DNA from: an uncultured Bacilli bacterium
GTDB lineage: Bacteria > Bacillota_I > Bacilli_A > RF39 > UBA660
Assembly: GCA_944358265.1 (NCBI GenBank)
Contig: CALVQR010000001.1
Location: 5,042-69,041, forward strand
Direction of reading: 5' to 3'
DNA length: 64,000 bases
Positions within the stretch are counted from its first letter, which is position 1, and each line of letters opens with the position of its first letter. Below are positions 40,901 to 51,493 of the stretch, piece after piece. The position numbers were made by a program, and so were the translations under genes. The notes under the pieces were generated by a model. The model had not been told where the DNA came from, did no database searches, and worked only from the letters and a program-made list of their open reading frames with translations.

Positions 40901-41599
40901 CTATACAACATTATTCTTTTTATTTTTTATATAAACAAATAATACAATGAATGCTATTATTAATATGATCGCACCTACAACTATTATTCCATAACTTATA
41001 TTATATGTATTATTATTAACTTTTACATTTATCATATCTTTTTTATTTCCTTCTTTATAAGAAAGTTTTATAGTTTTATATTCTTTACTTTTATTTATTT
41101 TCCATGTATAAATATTTCCTTTTATACTATCCGCATTATTATCTATAACTTCAAAAGGAATAGTTATATTTACAGTAATATCATCATATATAAGTCCATA
41201 ACTAGAATTTCCTCCTAATAAATTAGACTGCGAAGCAGTAAAATTAATTACATCATTATCTTTCTCTATATTTATATTTTCAAAAACATCACTACTAAAT
41301 TTACTTACATAATCATTTATATTATCATGAGATGTGATCGCAGTTGCATATGTATTATCTTCGTCTTCTCTAGAACTTATTTTTATATCTTCATCTTCTC
41401 TTTTAAAAATATTATATAAATAAGTTACAGCTTGATTCCCTTTCAATCTAGTTAATGCTTCCATCCTTTTTGTTTTCTCTTCTGCTACAACTTTTTCATT
41501 TACCGTATTATCTTCATTTATTGTAAGATTATACTCTACAGAACAACCAGAAAGGATAAGTAAAAAAATAAAAATTATAAATATTTTTAACTTTTTCAT
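40901..41599 (-). CDS. Lipoprotein-like hypothetical protein with C-terminal TM
   Basis: Lipobox LILSGCS and a C-terminal TM IIVVGAIILIIAFIVLFVYI. Confidence 0.45.
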   Translation of the reverse strand: MKKLKIFIIFIFLLILSGCSVEYNLTINEDNTVNEKVVAEEKTKRMEALTRLKGNQAVTYLYNIFKREDEDIKISSREDEDNTYATAITSHDNINDYVSKFSSDVFENINIEKDNDVINFTASQSNLLGGNSSYGLIYDDITVNITIPFEVIDNNADSIKGNIYTWKINKSKEYKTIKLSYKEGNKKDMINVKVNNNTYNISYGIIVVGAIILIIAFIVLFVYIKNKKNNVV

Positions 41600-41693
41600 A
41601 ATTCACATACAAATAATATAAATTATATCATAAAATTAATTTTTTTTATATATAGATATTAGAAAAAAATAAAAAGGTTTATAAACCTTTTAT

Positions 41694-42620
41694 TTAAAAA
41701 ATATTTGTATAGTTGTTTTCATCATCATTATTCATAGATGAAAGTTTTTTCATAATCTTTTCTAATTCGTCAGAAGAATCATCGTTTTCTATCTCTATTT
41801 TAGACTTTTCAACATCAGTATTAACTTCTATATTTGGTTCTGTCTCTTTAAATATTGTAGAATTTTCTTTGCTAGTGTTATTTACTCTTTCTTTATCAAC
41901 ATTTAATAGTATTTCAGATAATTTTTTATCATTCTTGTATTTTATATTTTCTCGATTTTTATTCATTATATCTATATCTGGATCAATATAATTTAAATCA
42001 ACGTTTATTGGCGTATCAATATTTAAATTATCTTGATTTTCATTTTTATTTACATTCAAATCAAGCAAATCATTTTCAGACATTAATGTCGATTCAGATG
42101 TTTCTTTATTATCTTCTTTTTTATCTAAATCCATAGTAGTATTTTTTTCTACCTCGTTTAAATCAAGAACTAACGGTTCATTAAGAACACTATTATTATC
42201 ATCATTTAATTTTTCATTAAAATCTAACGAGAAAGGCGCTGATATATCTGTATTATCTAAATTAAGGGATGCATTTAAATCTTCTTTTTCTGGTTCTTCA
42301 TTTAAATTTAACTCAGTCTTTGATACGTCCTGAAAATTCAAATTATTATCTTCATTCTTTATTTCTTCAATTGACTCTTTTGATTCATCATTGAAATGAT
42401 TTTCCATAACATTTTCATTCATTGCTTCTTTTATTATTTCATTTTTAATATTTTCTGGTACCTGATCTTTATTTTTGATATCTTTTCGAACTCTTTTTGA
42501 CTTAACACTATTATCTATAAGATATCCTATTAGCACAAGTATTAGAAAAACACAAATTCCAATTAAAAGAAATGTATTTTCATTTATAAATATCATTATT
42601 TTTTCAAAAAATTGACTCAT
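41694..42620 (-). CDS. Membrane-anchored acidic low-complexity protein
   Basis: N-terminal TM, then a long E/D/N-rich low-complexity region. Confidence 0.45.
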   Translation of the reverse strand: MSQFFEKIMIFINENTFLLIGICVFLILVLIGYLIDNSVKSKRVRKDIKNKDQVPENIKNEIIKEAMNENVMENHFNDESKESIEEIKNEDNNLNFQDVSKTELNLNEEPEKEDLNASLNLDNTDISAPFSLDFNEKLNDDNNSVLNEPLVLDLNEVEKNTTMDLDKKEDNKETSESTLMSENDLLDLNVNKNENQDNLNIDTPINVDLNYIDPDIDIMNKNRENIKYKNDKKLSEILLNVDKERVNNTSKENSTIFKETEPNIEVNTDVEKSKIEIENDDSSDELEKIMKKLSSMNNDDENNYTNIF

Positions 42621-42708
42621 TCTTATCTCTCCCTTTTATTCTAAATACATTCTATCATTATTTATATTTTTTTTCAACCAAATTACAAAAAAAGAGTTAA
42701 TAAACTCT

Positions 42709-43239
42709 TTAATTCATGTATTTATCTATAGTTATTACCTTATTTTTTTTAAGACTTTCTTTAACGTCTATAATTCTTTGATTAGAAGATCCTCTGAATT
42801 TTAATTTAATATTCTTATTTTCTAGTTCAAATTTGCCATCTACTATAACATCTATATATGATATTAATTCTTTTGTTTCATCCCATTTTTGACACATATC
42901 ATCTAAAATATCTTTATCAAAAGTATATCCAGAAAAACACCATATACTTTTTTCAGGCATTTCTTTTTTTATTCTTCTTATCAAAGGCAGTATTCCTTTT
43001 TGATTCACATACTCAAAAGGTTCCCCACCTAAAATAGTAATTCCGTCAATATGAGCTGGTTTTAATAATTCAATTATATAATCTTCATCTTCTTTAGTGA
43101 ACTCTTTACCATATTTAAAATCCCATGCCTCTTCATTAAAGCATCCTTTGCAATGATGTGTACATCCACTTACAAACAAAGATATTCTTACCCCTGGACC
43201 ATTAGCGACATCTACTTTTTTTATATCTGCGAAATACAT
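42709..43239 (-). CDS. nrdG: Anaerobic ribonucleoside-triphosphate reductase activating protein
   Basis: Radical-SAM cluster CTHHCKGCFN. Immediately downstream of nrdD. Confidence 0.85.
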   Translation of the reverse strand: MYFADIKKVDVANGPGVRISLFVSGCTHHCKGCFNEEAWDFKYGKEFTKEDEDYIIELLKPAHIDGITILGGEPFEYVNQKGILPLIRRIKKEMPEKSIWCFSGYTFDKDILDDMCQKWDETKELISYIDVIVDGKFELENKNIKLKFRGSSNQRIIDVKESLKKNKVITIDKYMN

Positions 43240-45365
43240 TATAGATGAGTTACCCTTGCTTTAATTTCTTTTGTTTTTCCAACATTCCAGAAGTTTTCAC
43301 CTAAATACCCACATGTTCTTCTTGTAACATTCATCTTTGAATGATCTTTATTTCCACAATTTGGACACTCCCATTCGTTATCTTCGTTTATTATTATTTC
43401 GCCATCAAAACCGCATACATGACAATAATCTGATTTTGTATTAAATTCTGCATATTGAATATTTTCATAAATAAATTTAATTAATTCTTCTAATGCTTTA
43501 AGATTCTTTTCCATATTAGGAATTTCAACATATGAAATACATCCGCCTGATGATATTGGTTTAAATTGACTTTCAAATTTTAATTTGTCGAATGCATCAA
43601 TTTTTTCTCTAACATCAACATGATATGAATTAGTATAATAACCTTTATCGGTAACATCTTTAATGCTTCCAAATTTTTCTTTATCAATTCTTGCAAATCT
43701 ATAACATAAGCTTTCTGCTGGAGTTCCATATAATGCAAACCCAAGACCTGTTTCTTTTTTCCATGTATCACATGCTTTTCTTAAATATTTCATTAACTTA
43801 AGAGCAAATTTTTCTCCTTCTTCAGTAGTATGAGAAACGCCTTTTACAAGTTTAGTTGTCTCATATATACCTATATATCCAAGAGATAATGTTGAATATC
43901 CGCCTTTTAATAATTTATCTATTTTTTCTCCTTTTTCAAGTCTTGCGATTGCCCCATATTGCCAGTGTACTGGAGATATATCAGAAGTTATACCAAGAAG
44001 TGCATGATGTCTACACATAAGTGCTTCTTTACATAATTCCAATCTTTCATCTAACAATTTAAAGAATTTTTCTTCATTTCCCTCAGACAAAATACCAATT
44101 TGAGGTAAATTAATTGATACAACACCTTGATTGAATCTGCCTTCCCATTTATAATCTCCTTTTTCATCTTTCCATGGAGATAAGAAACTTCTGCATCCCA
44201 TTGGACTAAATACATTTCCTTCATATATTTCTTTCATTTTTTTTGCTGAAATATAATCAGGATACATTCTTTTTGCAGAACATTTACAAGCAAGTTTTGT
44301 TAAATAATCATATTTACCACCTTTTAAACAATTGTTTTCATCCAAGACATATACAAGTTTAGGAAAAGCTGGCGTAACATATACACCTTTTTCATTTTTT
44401 ATTCCTTGTAATCTTTGTTTTAATATTTCTTCTATAATCATTGCATTTTCTTCTATATATGGATCGTTATCATCTAAGCGTAAGAATAATGTTACAAAAG
44501 GAGATTGTCCGTTTGTAGTCATCAAAGTATTAATTTGATATTGAATAGTTTGAACTCCTGAAGACAATTCATCTTTCAATCTATCTTTTGCTAAGTCTTC
44601 TATTTGCTTTTTAGAAAATTCTTTCCCATGTTTTTCTGTTATTTTCTTTACAAATTTTTCATAACTTTTTCTTAAATATTTACCTAAATGTCTCATATCA
44701 ACAGATTGTCCACCATATTGATTAGATGCCACTGCGGCAATTATTTGTGTAGTAACAGTGCATGCTACTTGAAATGATTTTGGACTTTCTATTAATTTTC
44801 CATTCATAACTGTTCCATTATCAAGCATATCCGAAATATTTATTAAACAACAGTTAAATATTGGTTGTACAAAATAATCCATATCATGAAAGTGTAATAT
44901 TCCCTCATCATGTGCTTTTGATATTTTTTCTGGCAACAAAATTCTTCTTGTTAAATCTCTTGATACTTCTCCAGCAATATAATCTCTTTGTGTAGAAGCA
45001 TAGACTGTATTTTTATTAGAATTTTCTTCTGCCAATTCTTTGTTTTCATTTCTTATTAATCTTAAAATTGATTCATCAGTTGTATTTGCTTTTCTTATCA
45101 ATGCTCTATTATATCTATAAACAATATATTCTTTTGCTAAAACAAATTTTTTATATTCCATTAATTTTTTCTCAATTTCATCTTGAATATCCTCAACTAA
45201 CATCCTTTTCTTTTTCATGTCTTCTATATGTTTAATAATATTCTCTATTTGTTTATCTGATACTTTCTCTTTTGCTTCTACTTCAGCGTTAGCTTTCTCA
45301 ATTGCTACTTTAATTTTATTTCTGTCATAATCTACTATTTTTCCATCTCTCTTAATTACTTTCAT
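43239..45365 (-). CDS. nrdD: Anaerobic ribonucleoside-triphosphate reductase
   Basis: ATP-cone N-terminus (MKVIKRDGKIVDYDRNKIKVAIEKA), a C-terminal Zn ribbon and the glycyl-radical motif RTCGYLG. Confidence 0.9.
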   Translation of the reverse strand: MKVIKRDGKIVDYDRNKIKVAIEKANAEVEAKEKVSDKQIENIIKHIEDMKKKRMLVEDIQDEIEKKLMEYKKFVLAKEYIVYRYNRALIRKANTTDESILRLIRNENKELAEENSNKNTVYASTQRDYIAGEVSRDLTRRILLPEKISKAHDEGILHFHDMDYFVQPIFNCCLINISDMLDNGTVMNGKLIESPKSFQVACTVTTQIIAAVASNQYGGQSVDMRHLGKYLRKSYEKFVKKITEKHGKEFSKKQIEDLAKDRLKDELSSGVQTIQYQINTLMTTNGQSPFVTLFLRLDDNDPYIEENAMIIEEILKQRLQGIKNEKGVYVTPAFPKLVYVLDENNCLKGGKYDYLTKLACKCSAKRMYPDYISAKKMKEIYEGNVFSPMGCRSFLSPWKDEKGDYKWEGRFNQGVVSINLPQIGILSEGNEEKFFKLLDERLELCKEALMCRHHALLGITSDISPVHWQYGAIARLEKGEKIDKLLKGGYSTLSLGYIGIYETTKLVKGVSHTTEEGEKFALKLMKYLRKACDTWKKETGLGFALYGTPAESLCYRFARIDKEKFGSIKDVTDKGYYTNSYHVDVREKIDAFDKLKFESQFKPISSGGCISYVEIPNMEKNLKALEELIKFIYENIQYAEFNTKSDYCHVCGFDGEIIINEDNEWECPNCGNKDHSKMNVTRRTCGYLGENFWNVGKTKEIKARVTHL

Positions 45366-45503
45366 ACTACCTTACCTCTCCTATTTTTACAAATTCATTA
45401 TATCAAACTTTTTTTTAAATAGGTGTTGCATTTGCAACAATTTTAAAATATAATTAAATTAATTAATTTATAAAAATATCAAAACTGTTGGGAGGCCTTA
45501 TAA

Positions 45504-46136
45504 ATGAACGAAATAGGTATTTTTAAAGGTATTGACGAACAAAATGTCAAATATATGCTTAAATGTTTTCAAGCTAAAACAATAAGTTATAAGAAAGATA
45601 CTACAATAATATCAAATCTTGCTAATACTAATATTATAGGCATAATCATAAGTGGTAATGCTAATCTAATTAGAAATGATTACAACGGAAATAGAATCGT
45701 TTTAGAAAAATTAGAAAAAGGATCTATTTTCGGAGAAGTTTTTTCATCATATTCAGATGAATTATCAGTTATTGCAACAGAAGATTGTTCTGTAATTACA
45801 TTTGACTATGAACATATCATAAAAAGGTGTAAAAAATCATGCCCACATCATAACGAAGTAATAAATAATATGCTTCAAATACTTGCTAAAAAAGTATCTG
45901 TTATGAATAATAGAATAGATGTACTAACAAAAAAAACAATCAGAGAAAAATTACTAGAATATTTTTCAATTCAAGAAAAAGAAAACATTTCTAAAACATT
46001 TTATTTAAAACTCAATTATACAGAACTTGCAGATTATCTTGGTGTAGATAGAAGTGCTCTTATGAGAGAATTAAAAAACCTAAAAAACGAAGGCTTTATT
46101 GAAACAAAATTGAACAAAATAAAGTTACTTTACTAG
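45504..46136 (+). CDS. Crp/Fnr family transcriptional regulator
   Basis: cNMP-binding beta-roll (GSIFGEVF) plus a C-terminal HTH (LADYLGVDRSALMRELKNLKNEG). Confidence 0.75.
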   Translation: MNEIGIFKGIDEQNVKYMLKCFQAKTISYKKDTTIISNLANTNIIGIIISGNANLIRNDYNGNRIVLEKLEKGSIFGEVFSSYSDELSVIATEDCSVITFDYEHIIKRCKKSCPHHNEVINNMLQILAKKVSVMNNRIDVLTKKTIREKLLEYFSIQEKENISKTFYLKLNYTELADYLGVDRSALMRELKNLKNEGFIETKLNKIKLLY

Positions 46137-46648
46137 TTTATTTTAAATATTAGTGTAAACATTAAATCAATTACGAATAAAACTACAAAAATATAAGTTA
46201 CTATTTTAGGTATCTTATTAATTATTTTATCCATCCATGGTCTTATTAAATATAAAAATACAAGTGAACTTATCATCCAAACAACTGATATATCAAGTGC
46301 TATATATTTACCAAAATGATATTTGTGATCAGAATAGTTCCAAAATTCTCTTTTAAATAATAATTCTAATAAATTTCCTCCAATAAATTCAGTTAATGTT
46401 AAAACCGCAGTTATTACTATCAAAAATATAATTATTTCAACAAATTTGTTTAATTTTACCTTTTCAAATATTTTTTTTGATATAAGTAAAATTAATACTA
46501 CACCTATACCATAAACTGGCGTCCAATATCCATACAAGAAACCACTTTCTAAATCCCAATCAAAAATTTTAAACATAATTGTTTCAATTAAATGACCTAA
46601 TATTGAAAAAACAAAAAAATAATTTAAATAATAATACATTAAAATCAC
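46133..46648 (-). CDS. Multi-pass membrane protein of unknown function
   Basis: Five predicted TM helices; no catalytic motif recognised. Confidence 0.4.
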   Translation of the reverse strand: MILMYYYLNYFFVFSILGHLIETIMFKIFDWDLESGFLYGYWTPVYGIGVVLILLISKKIFEKVKLNKFVEIIIFLIVITAVLTLTEFIGGNLLELLFKREFWNYSDHKYHFGKYIALDISVVWMISSLVFLYLIRPWMDKIINKIPKIVTYIFVVLFVIDLMFTLIFKIN

Positions 46649-46669
46649 CTATCTCTAATCTTAATATTA

Positions 46670-47875
46670 TTATTTATAATTATTTCTTTTTTTATTCACA
46701 AATAAAATTATTAACAAAATTACAATTAATATAAATGATACTATGTATACAATATTATTTTTTATAAAATATTGTAAAGTCATATTTACTGCAACAGGAG
46801 ATAATATATCTACTGAATATAAAACATCACCATTATATTTAATATAATATGTCCCTAAAAAGTCTCCTTTCTCTATTTTATTATCTAAAAGGCTTATTCC
46901 ATCATACTCATAAGTTAAATCATCTCTAGTTATAGAATTATTTAAATATAAATTTACTTCTTCTAAACTATTTATAATGTACTCATCATCATATATTGTT
47001 TTAAGTGTTATTATTTCTTCTTCTTTTGAAAGAACTATTTTATATTCATAGTTACTAAAAAAATACTCATAAATTTGTTTTTGATCAATAAAATTTTGTC
47101 TTCTATTTTGATAATCTGCTCCTATTGTTACAAGCATATAATCAACACCATCATAAGTTGCAACACTTGCTAAACATAACCCTGCTGCTTCAGTATATCC
47201 TGTTTTTGCACCCAAAACATAATTTACACCGAGATCTTTAAAACGTTTTAACGGCCCTTCCATTTCATAATTTTTATTGGTTGATATATAACTTTCACTT
47301 GTAAACACTTCTTTAAATGTTTCATTTGTCAATGCATATTTTAAAAGAATTGATATATCTTTTGCTGTTGAATGATGATTTTCTGCTTCTATTCCTATAG
47401 TATTTGAAAAACTTGTATTTTTCATGCCAATTTCTTTTGCTTTATCATTCATTAACTTAACAAAATTATCTATTGAGCCACTTATATTAACTGCAAGGGT
47501 ATTTGTAGCATCTGCTCCCGATTTTAAAATTGTTCCATATAATAAATCATTATAAGTTACAACTTCACCAATTTCAAATCCAACTACAGATAAATCATAT
47601 TCAAGATTATTTATTACATCCTTACTAATTATTACTTCTTTATTTAAATCATCAATATTTTCTATTGCCACTATTGTTGTCATAATTTTAGTTAAACTTG
47701 CTATATTAACTACTTGTTCAGAATTTTTTTCATATATAACTTTATTATCGTTTAAATTTATTAAAATTATATTCTTAGATGATATATCATCCAAAGTATC
47801 GGCATGTACATTTGTTATTCCCATAAATAATATAAGTACTATAAAAAAAAATTGTAATATTTTCTCTTTCATCAT
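46670..47875 (-). CDS. Serine-type D-alanyl-D-alanine carboxypeptidase (PBP5-like)
   Basis: Signal peptide, SxxK active site (IASLTKIMT), SxN and KTG (GAKTGYT) motifs and a C-terminal TM. Start moved to MMKEKIL behind an AGGTGA RBS. Confidence 0.75.
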   Translation of the reverse strand: MMKEKILQFFFIVLILFMGITNVHADTLDDISSKNIILINLNDNKVIYEKNSEQVVNIASLTKIMTTIVAIENIDDLNKEVIISKDVINNLEYDLSVVGFEIGEVVTYNDLLYGTILKSGADATNTLAVNISGSIDNFVKLMNDKAKEIGMKNTSFSNTIGIEAENHHSTAKDISILLKYALTNETFKEVFTSESYISTNKNYEMEGPLKRFKDLGVNYVLGAKTGYTEAAGLCLASVATYDGVDYMLVTIGADYQNRRQNFIDQKQIYEYFFSNYEYKIVLSKEEEIITLKTIYDDEYIINSLEEVNLYLNNSITRDDLTYEYDGISLLDNKIEKGDFLGTYYIKYNGDVLYSVDILSPVAVNMTLQYFIKNNIVYIVSFILIVILLIILFVNKKRNNYK

Positions 47876-47954
47876 ATCACCTAATATTATTATATCAAAA
47901 TATGGATAAATTTTTAATAAATATCCATAATAATAATGAGAAAGGAATGATTTT

Positions 47955-48179
47955 ATGAATAATGTACCTAACATTATATCAACTAAGGATTTATCTTACA
48001 TATGTGATATGTTTCACTGGAATTTTACTGCTAGTAAAAAATCTATGCATTATAGTAACGAGGTAACTGATGAAGAAATAAAAAAAGAACTTGAAAATAT
48101 ATACGAAATGCATAAAAATATTTCTTCTGAATTACTAAATATTTTAACTAATGGAGGTAATAACTATGAACAACAATAA
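47955..48179 (+). CDS. Small protein preceding and overlapping the CotF-like gene; possible spore coat partner
   Basis: 74 aa. Its 3' end overlaps the start of 48151..48480. Confidence 0.3.
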   Translation: MNNVPNIISTKDLSYICDMFHWNFTASKKSMHYSNEVTDEEIKKELENIYEMHKNISSELLNILTNGGNNYEQQ

Positions 48180-48480
48180 AGTACAAAATACAAAAACAGA
48201 GGTTCCTAGTACTATCGAAATGAACGATGAAAATTATCTTAACGATATATTGGAAACTGAAAAAAATATGAGTGTAAATATGACTATTGCTTTAAATGAA
48301 GCAAGTAATGAAACTTTATATAACAAAATATATGAATTATTCGTACAAATTAAAAACTCGCAAAGAGATTTATTTGAACTTGCATTTAGAAAAGGATGGT
48401 ATACTCTTGAAAAAGCAGAACAAACTAAAATAAATGAAGAATATAATAAACTATCACAATGTTTAAATGAATTACAATAA
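48151..48480 (+). CDS. Spore coat protein, Coat F domain
   Basis: NDILETEKNMSVNMTIALNEASNETLYNKIYELFVQIKNSQRDLFELAFRKGWY matches the Coat_F signature (DLLxxEK...GWY). Confidence 0.55.
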   Translation: MEVITMNNNKVQNTKTEVPSTIEMNDENYLNDILETEKNMSVNMTIALNEASNETLYNKIYELFVQIKNSQRDLFELAFRKGWYTLEKAEQTKINEEYNKLSQCLNELQ

Positions 48481-48499
48481 ACTCTAAATAAAGAGTTTT

Positions 48500-49438
48500 T
48501 TATATGTAAAAACTAGTTTCATCAATAAATTGATAATCTGTTTTATATTTAATCTCTCTTACTAACTTAAATAATGCATTATCTTTTTCTTTTGCTTCAA
48601 GCATTATATCCAAATTTATATTATACTTTTTTACTTTTTCTAAGAACAAAATAAAGTCATCACATACTATATAATCATTATGAGATCTATAATCTTTTTT
48701 TGTTTTATTTTTTGGTGATGAAAAATGTACCTTTGGTCTTATATTTTTCCATGTATTAAATATATCTATTAAAATATTATCTATATCTTTACAAGGATTA
48801 CAAACTTGATGATGATAATCTAAAACAAACGGTATATTTAGTTTTTTACATATTTTAAGCACATCATCTGGATTATATATTTTATCGTCATTTTCAAGTG
48901 CAATTGCATTTTGTATATTTTTCGGTAATTTTTTAAAATTATTTATAAATCTACTAATTGACTTTTCTTTACCAAATGTACTACTACCTACATGAAGAAC
49001 TATTATTGGATTTTTAATTTTAAAAGCTTTTAATATATTAATATGATAATCTAATATTCTAAATGTATTTTCTAGCACTTCTTTATTTACACTATTAAGT
49101 ACACAAAACTGATCCGGGTGTACATCTATCCTCATTTTGCTTTTTTCTATTAATTTTGATATTTCTTCATAATATTTTTTATATCTTTCTATATATTCAA
49201 AATCTACATTTTTGTGAGTAGCTAAAGGAATCAATTTTGACGTTAATCTATAAAAATGAATATTGTTTTTAACATTATAAATTAATATTTTTTCTAAAGC
49301 ATCGAAATTAGATTTTATCATTTCATCAAGTTTTTTATAATCATTATTTTTAGAAAAATTAGTATATGTTAATGTGCTTGATGAAGTAATATTATTTAAA
49401 GTTTTGCTAATAGCAACATAACCTAGTCTTATTATCAT
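48500..49438 (-). CDS. uvsE: UV damage endonuclease UvsE/UvdE
   Basis: IRLGYVAIS...LTSKLIPLATH...MRIDVHPDQF...LHVGS...ALENDDKIY...PFVLDYHH...PKVHFSSPK...DIMLEAKEKD aligns block for block with the UvdE family. Start moved to MIIRLGYV behind a GGTGA RBS. Confidence 0.8.
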   Translation of the reverse strand: MIIRLGYVAISKTLNNITSSSTLTYTNFSKNNDYKKLDEMIKSNFDALEKILIYNVKNNIHFYRLTSKLIPLATHKNVDFEYIERYKKYYEEISKLIEKSKMRIDVHPDQFCVLNSVNKEVLENTFRILDYHINILKAFKIKNPIIVLHVGSSTFGKEKSISRFINNFKKLPKNIQNAIALENDDKIYNPDDVLKICKKLNIPFVLDYHHQVCNPCKDIDNILIDIFNTWKNIRPKVHFSSPKNKTKKDYRSHNDYIVCDDFILFLEKVKKYNINLDIMLEAKEKDNALFKLVREIKYKTDYQFIDETSFYI

Positions 49439-49681
49439 ATTATCACCATTTATTATTATGTAAAAAAAATAAAAAGTTATAATTGTTTTATAAATTCTTA
49501 CATTTTTAAACATTTATAACTTTTTATATTATCTTATAATAAATATATATATTTTAATAATTTAAAATTTTTTACTTTTCTTAAATAAGTTATTCCTTTT
49601 ATATTTATTTTCATAGCCAAGATTAAATTTATATTTTTTTGAGAGTATCTTCAATTAAATCATTACTACTTATGTATTTTT

Positions 49682-50167
49682 TTATCTTAATTTATCAACT
49701 AATCTTTCTGCAGAGTTATCTAATTCATTTAAAGTAGTATTTTTAATTACAAAATCATAATTATAGTTTTCAACACTAGCATCAGAATAATTAGTTGTAA
49801 TTAAATCTAAGCCTTCTCTTTTAACCAACAAAGTTTTGGCATTAAACTTATTTACTGCACGACTTATTTCTTCTGGTTCTCTTATGTGTATAAACATAAT
49901 CTCATCATTAGATTTTTCAAATTTTTCCACAGCATTTTTAATACTATTAAACGACATATCATTATACTCTGTAGTAAGTTTTTTTAAATCACTTAAAAAT
50001 TTGCGATCTTTATCTGTTTTAGTCCCAGACCACCCTATTAACTTTGCTACTTCCTTTACCTTATCCACAGAAGAAAAATTATATACTTTTGCGTATTTAG
50101 AAACATATTCTACAAAAGTATCTTTACCGCTTCCACCGGTACCATTAATTATTATTATCTCTTTCAC
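49682..50167 (-). CDS. P-loop nucleotide/nucleoside kinase-like protein (dNMP kinase-like)
   Basis: Walker A IINGTGGSGKDTF in a 161-aa single-domain protein. Confidence 0.45.
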   Translation of the reverse strand: MKEIIIINGTGGSGKDTFVEYVSKYAKVYNFSSVDKVKEVAKLIGWSGTKTDKDRKFLSDLKKLTTEYNDMSFNSIKNAVEKFEKSNDEIMFIHIREPEEISRAVNKFNAKTLLVKREGLDLITTNYSDASVENYNYDFVIKNTTLNELDNSAERLVDKLR

Positions 50168-50642
50168 TATAAATTCACCCTCACACTCTATTTTATTTCT
50201 TTCATTTTTTGTATTATTATACTACAATCTATAAAATTTTAAATCAAAATCTTTTAATATAATACAAATAATACTATGAAACTCAAATTAAAGAAAAAGA
50301 GTCAATCGTAAACTCTTTCTTTATTACGTATAAATTTTAAAAAATTATTATTAAACATAATATTTAATACAAAAATATACAAAAATTCTTAATTTTTAAT
50401 TTTAGACAAATATAATTTATTAGGCATATAACATAAAATATAAATTTTTAATACCAATCATGTTTTTCATTTCTATCTAAAGCATTAATTTTATTCACTT
50501 CATTATTTATTATACCATTGTATAAAAACATTTTTAAATCTTGCATTTTGAATTGAATTTATTGTTTCAATTACACTAACATCTTTATTATTACTAACTA
50601 CAACTGCAAATTCTCTATTATTCATTCTATTTGTCCTACTAA

Positions 50643-51182
50643 CTAAAATATTTCAACCAATTTTGCAGGATATATTTCATATAATCCAAAATTTTCAACA
50701 ACTAATTCTAGCTCTTTGAAATCTTTTTCTAATATATTTTTCATTTTAATTATTTTTTCATAGTTTTTATCTATATGAATAGTTATATGAAAAGTGAAAT
50801 TATCTGGATTATATCTCTCACTAGGGCATAAATTATAAATCTCTCCTTGTAATTTTTCTAATTCTATATTTTTTTCTAACTCAAAATATAAACAATAACT
50901 ATTTTCTTTTCCCTTCATAATATTTAAACCTATAACTTTTATCTTTAATTTAGAAAACTTTATTTGCTTTAACTTTAAAATTATATTTTCTTCATCAGCA
51001 ATATTCCAAGCACACATGGTAAAATGAATTGGTAATGTATCTACTTCTTCACGATTATCAACATTTTTACCAAAAGGAACTTTACATATATTTTTATTTT
51101 CGCCTAATTTATTTATTCTTTCATTAATCTTAATTGTTGAATTTTTATCAAAATGTGATATTAATGTTATTCTTTCATTCAT
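50643..51182 (-). CDS. 2H phosphoesterase superfamily protein (LigT/2',5'-RNA ligase-like cyclic phosphodiesterase)
   Basis: Two HxTx motifs about 80 aa apart: LPIHFTMCAW and FHITIHID. Confidence 0.6.
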   Translation of the reverse strand: MNERITLISHFDKNSTIKINERINKLGENKNICKVPFGKNVDNREEVDTLPIHFTMCAWNIADEENIILKLKQIKFSKLKIKVIGLNIMKGKENSYCLYFELEKNIELEKLQGEIYNLCPSERYNPDNFTFHITIHIDKNYEKIIKMKNILEKDFKELELVVENFGLYEIYPAKLVEIF

Positions 51183-51493
51183 ATTTTTTCCTTTTCAAAA
51201 ATTTTAAATTGAATACTATTATCTATATGATTTCTCATTTCATATCCATTTATATGATATTTTGGTTTTATTTACTATCTATATAGGTTAAAATCAGCAT
51301 CTTTATCTTTGAAACTTAAAAAGTAATACCTTTAATAATAACCCTGTGTGGTTCTATATAATTTAAACTTGTATGTTCTATGTTTTTGATACTACCATTT
51401 ATTATTGTAGGTTTCATATTACAGAAATCGCATATAAAATCTATTTTTTCTTTAGTTCTTCATCAAAATGTAATTCTTTTGTTTTTAATTTGA

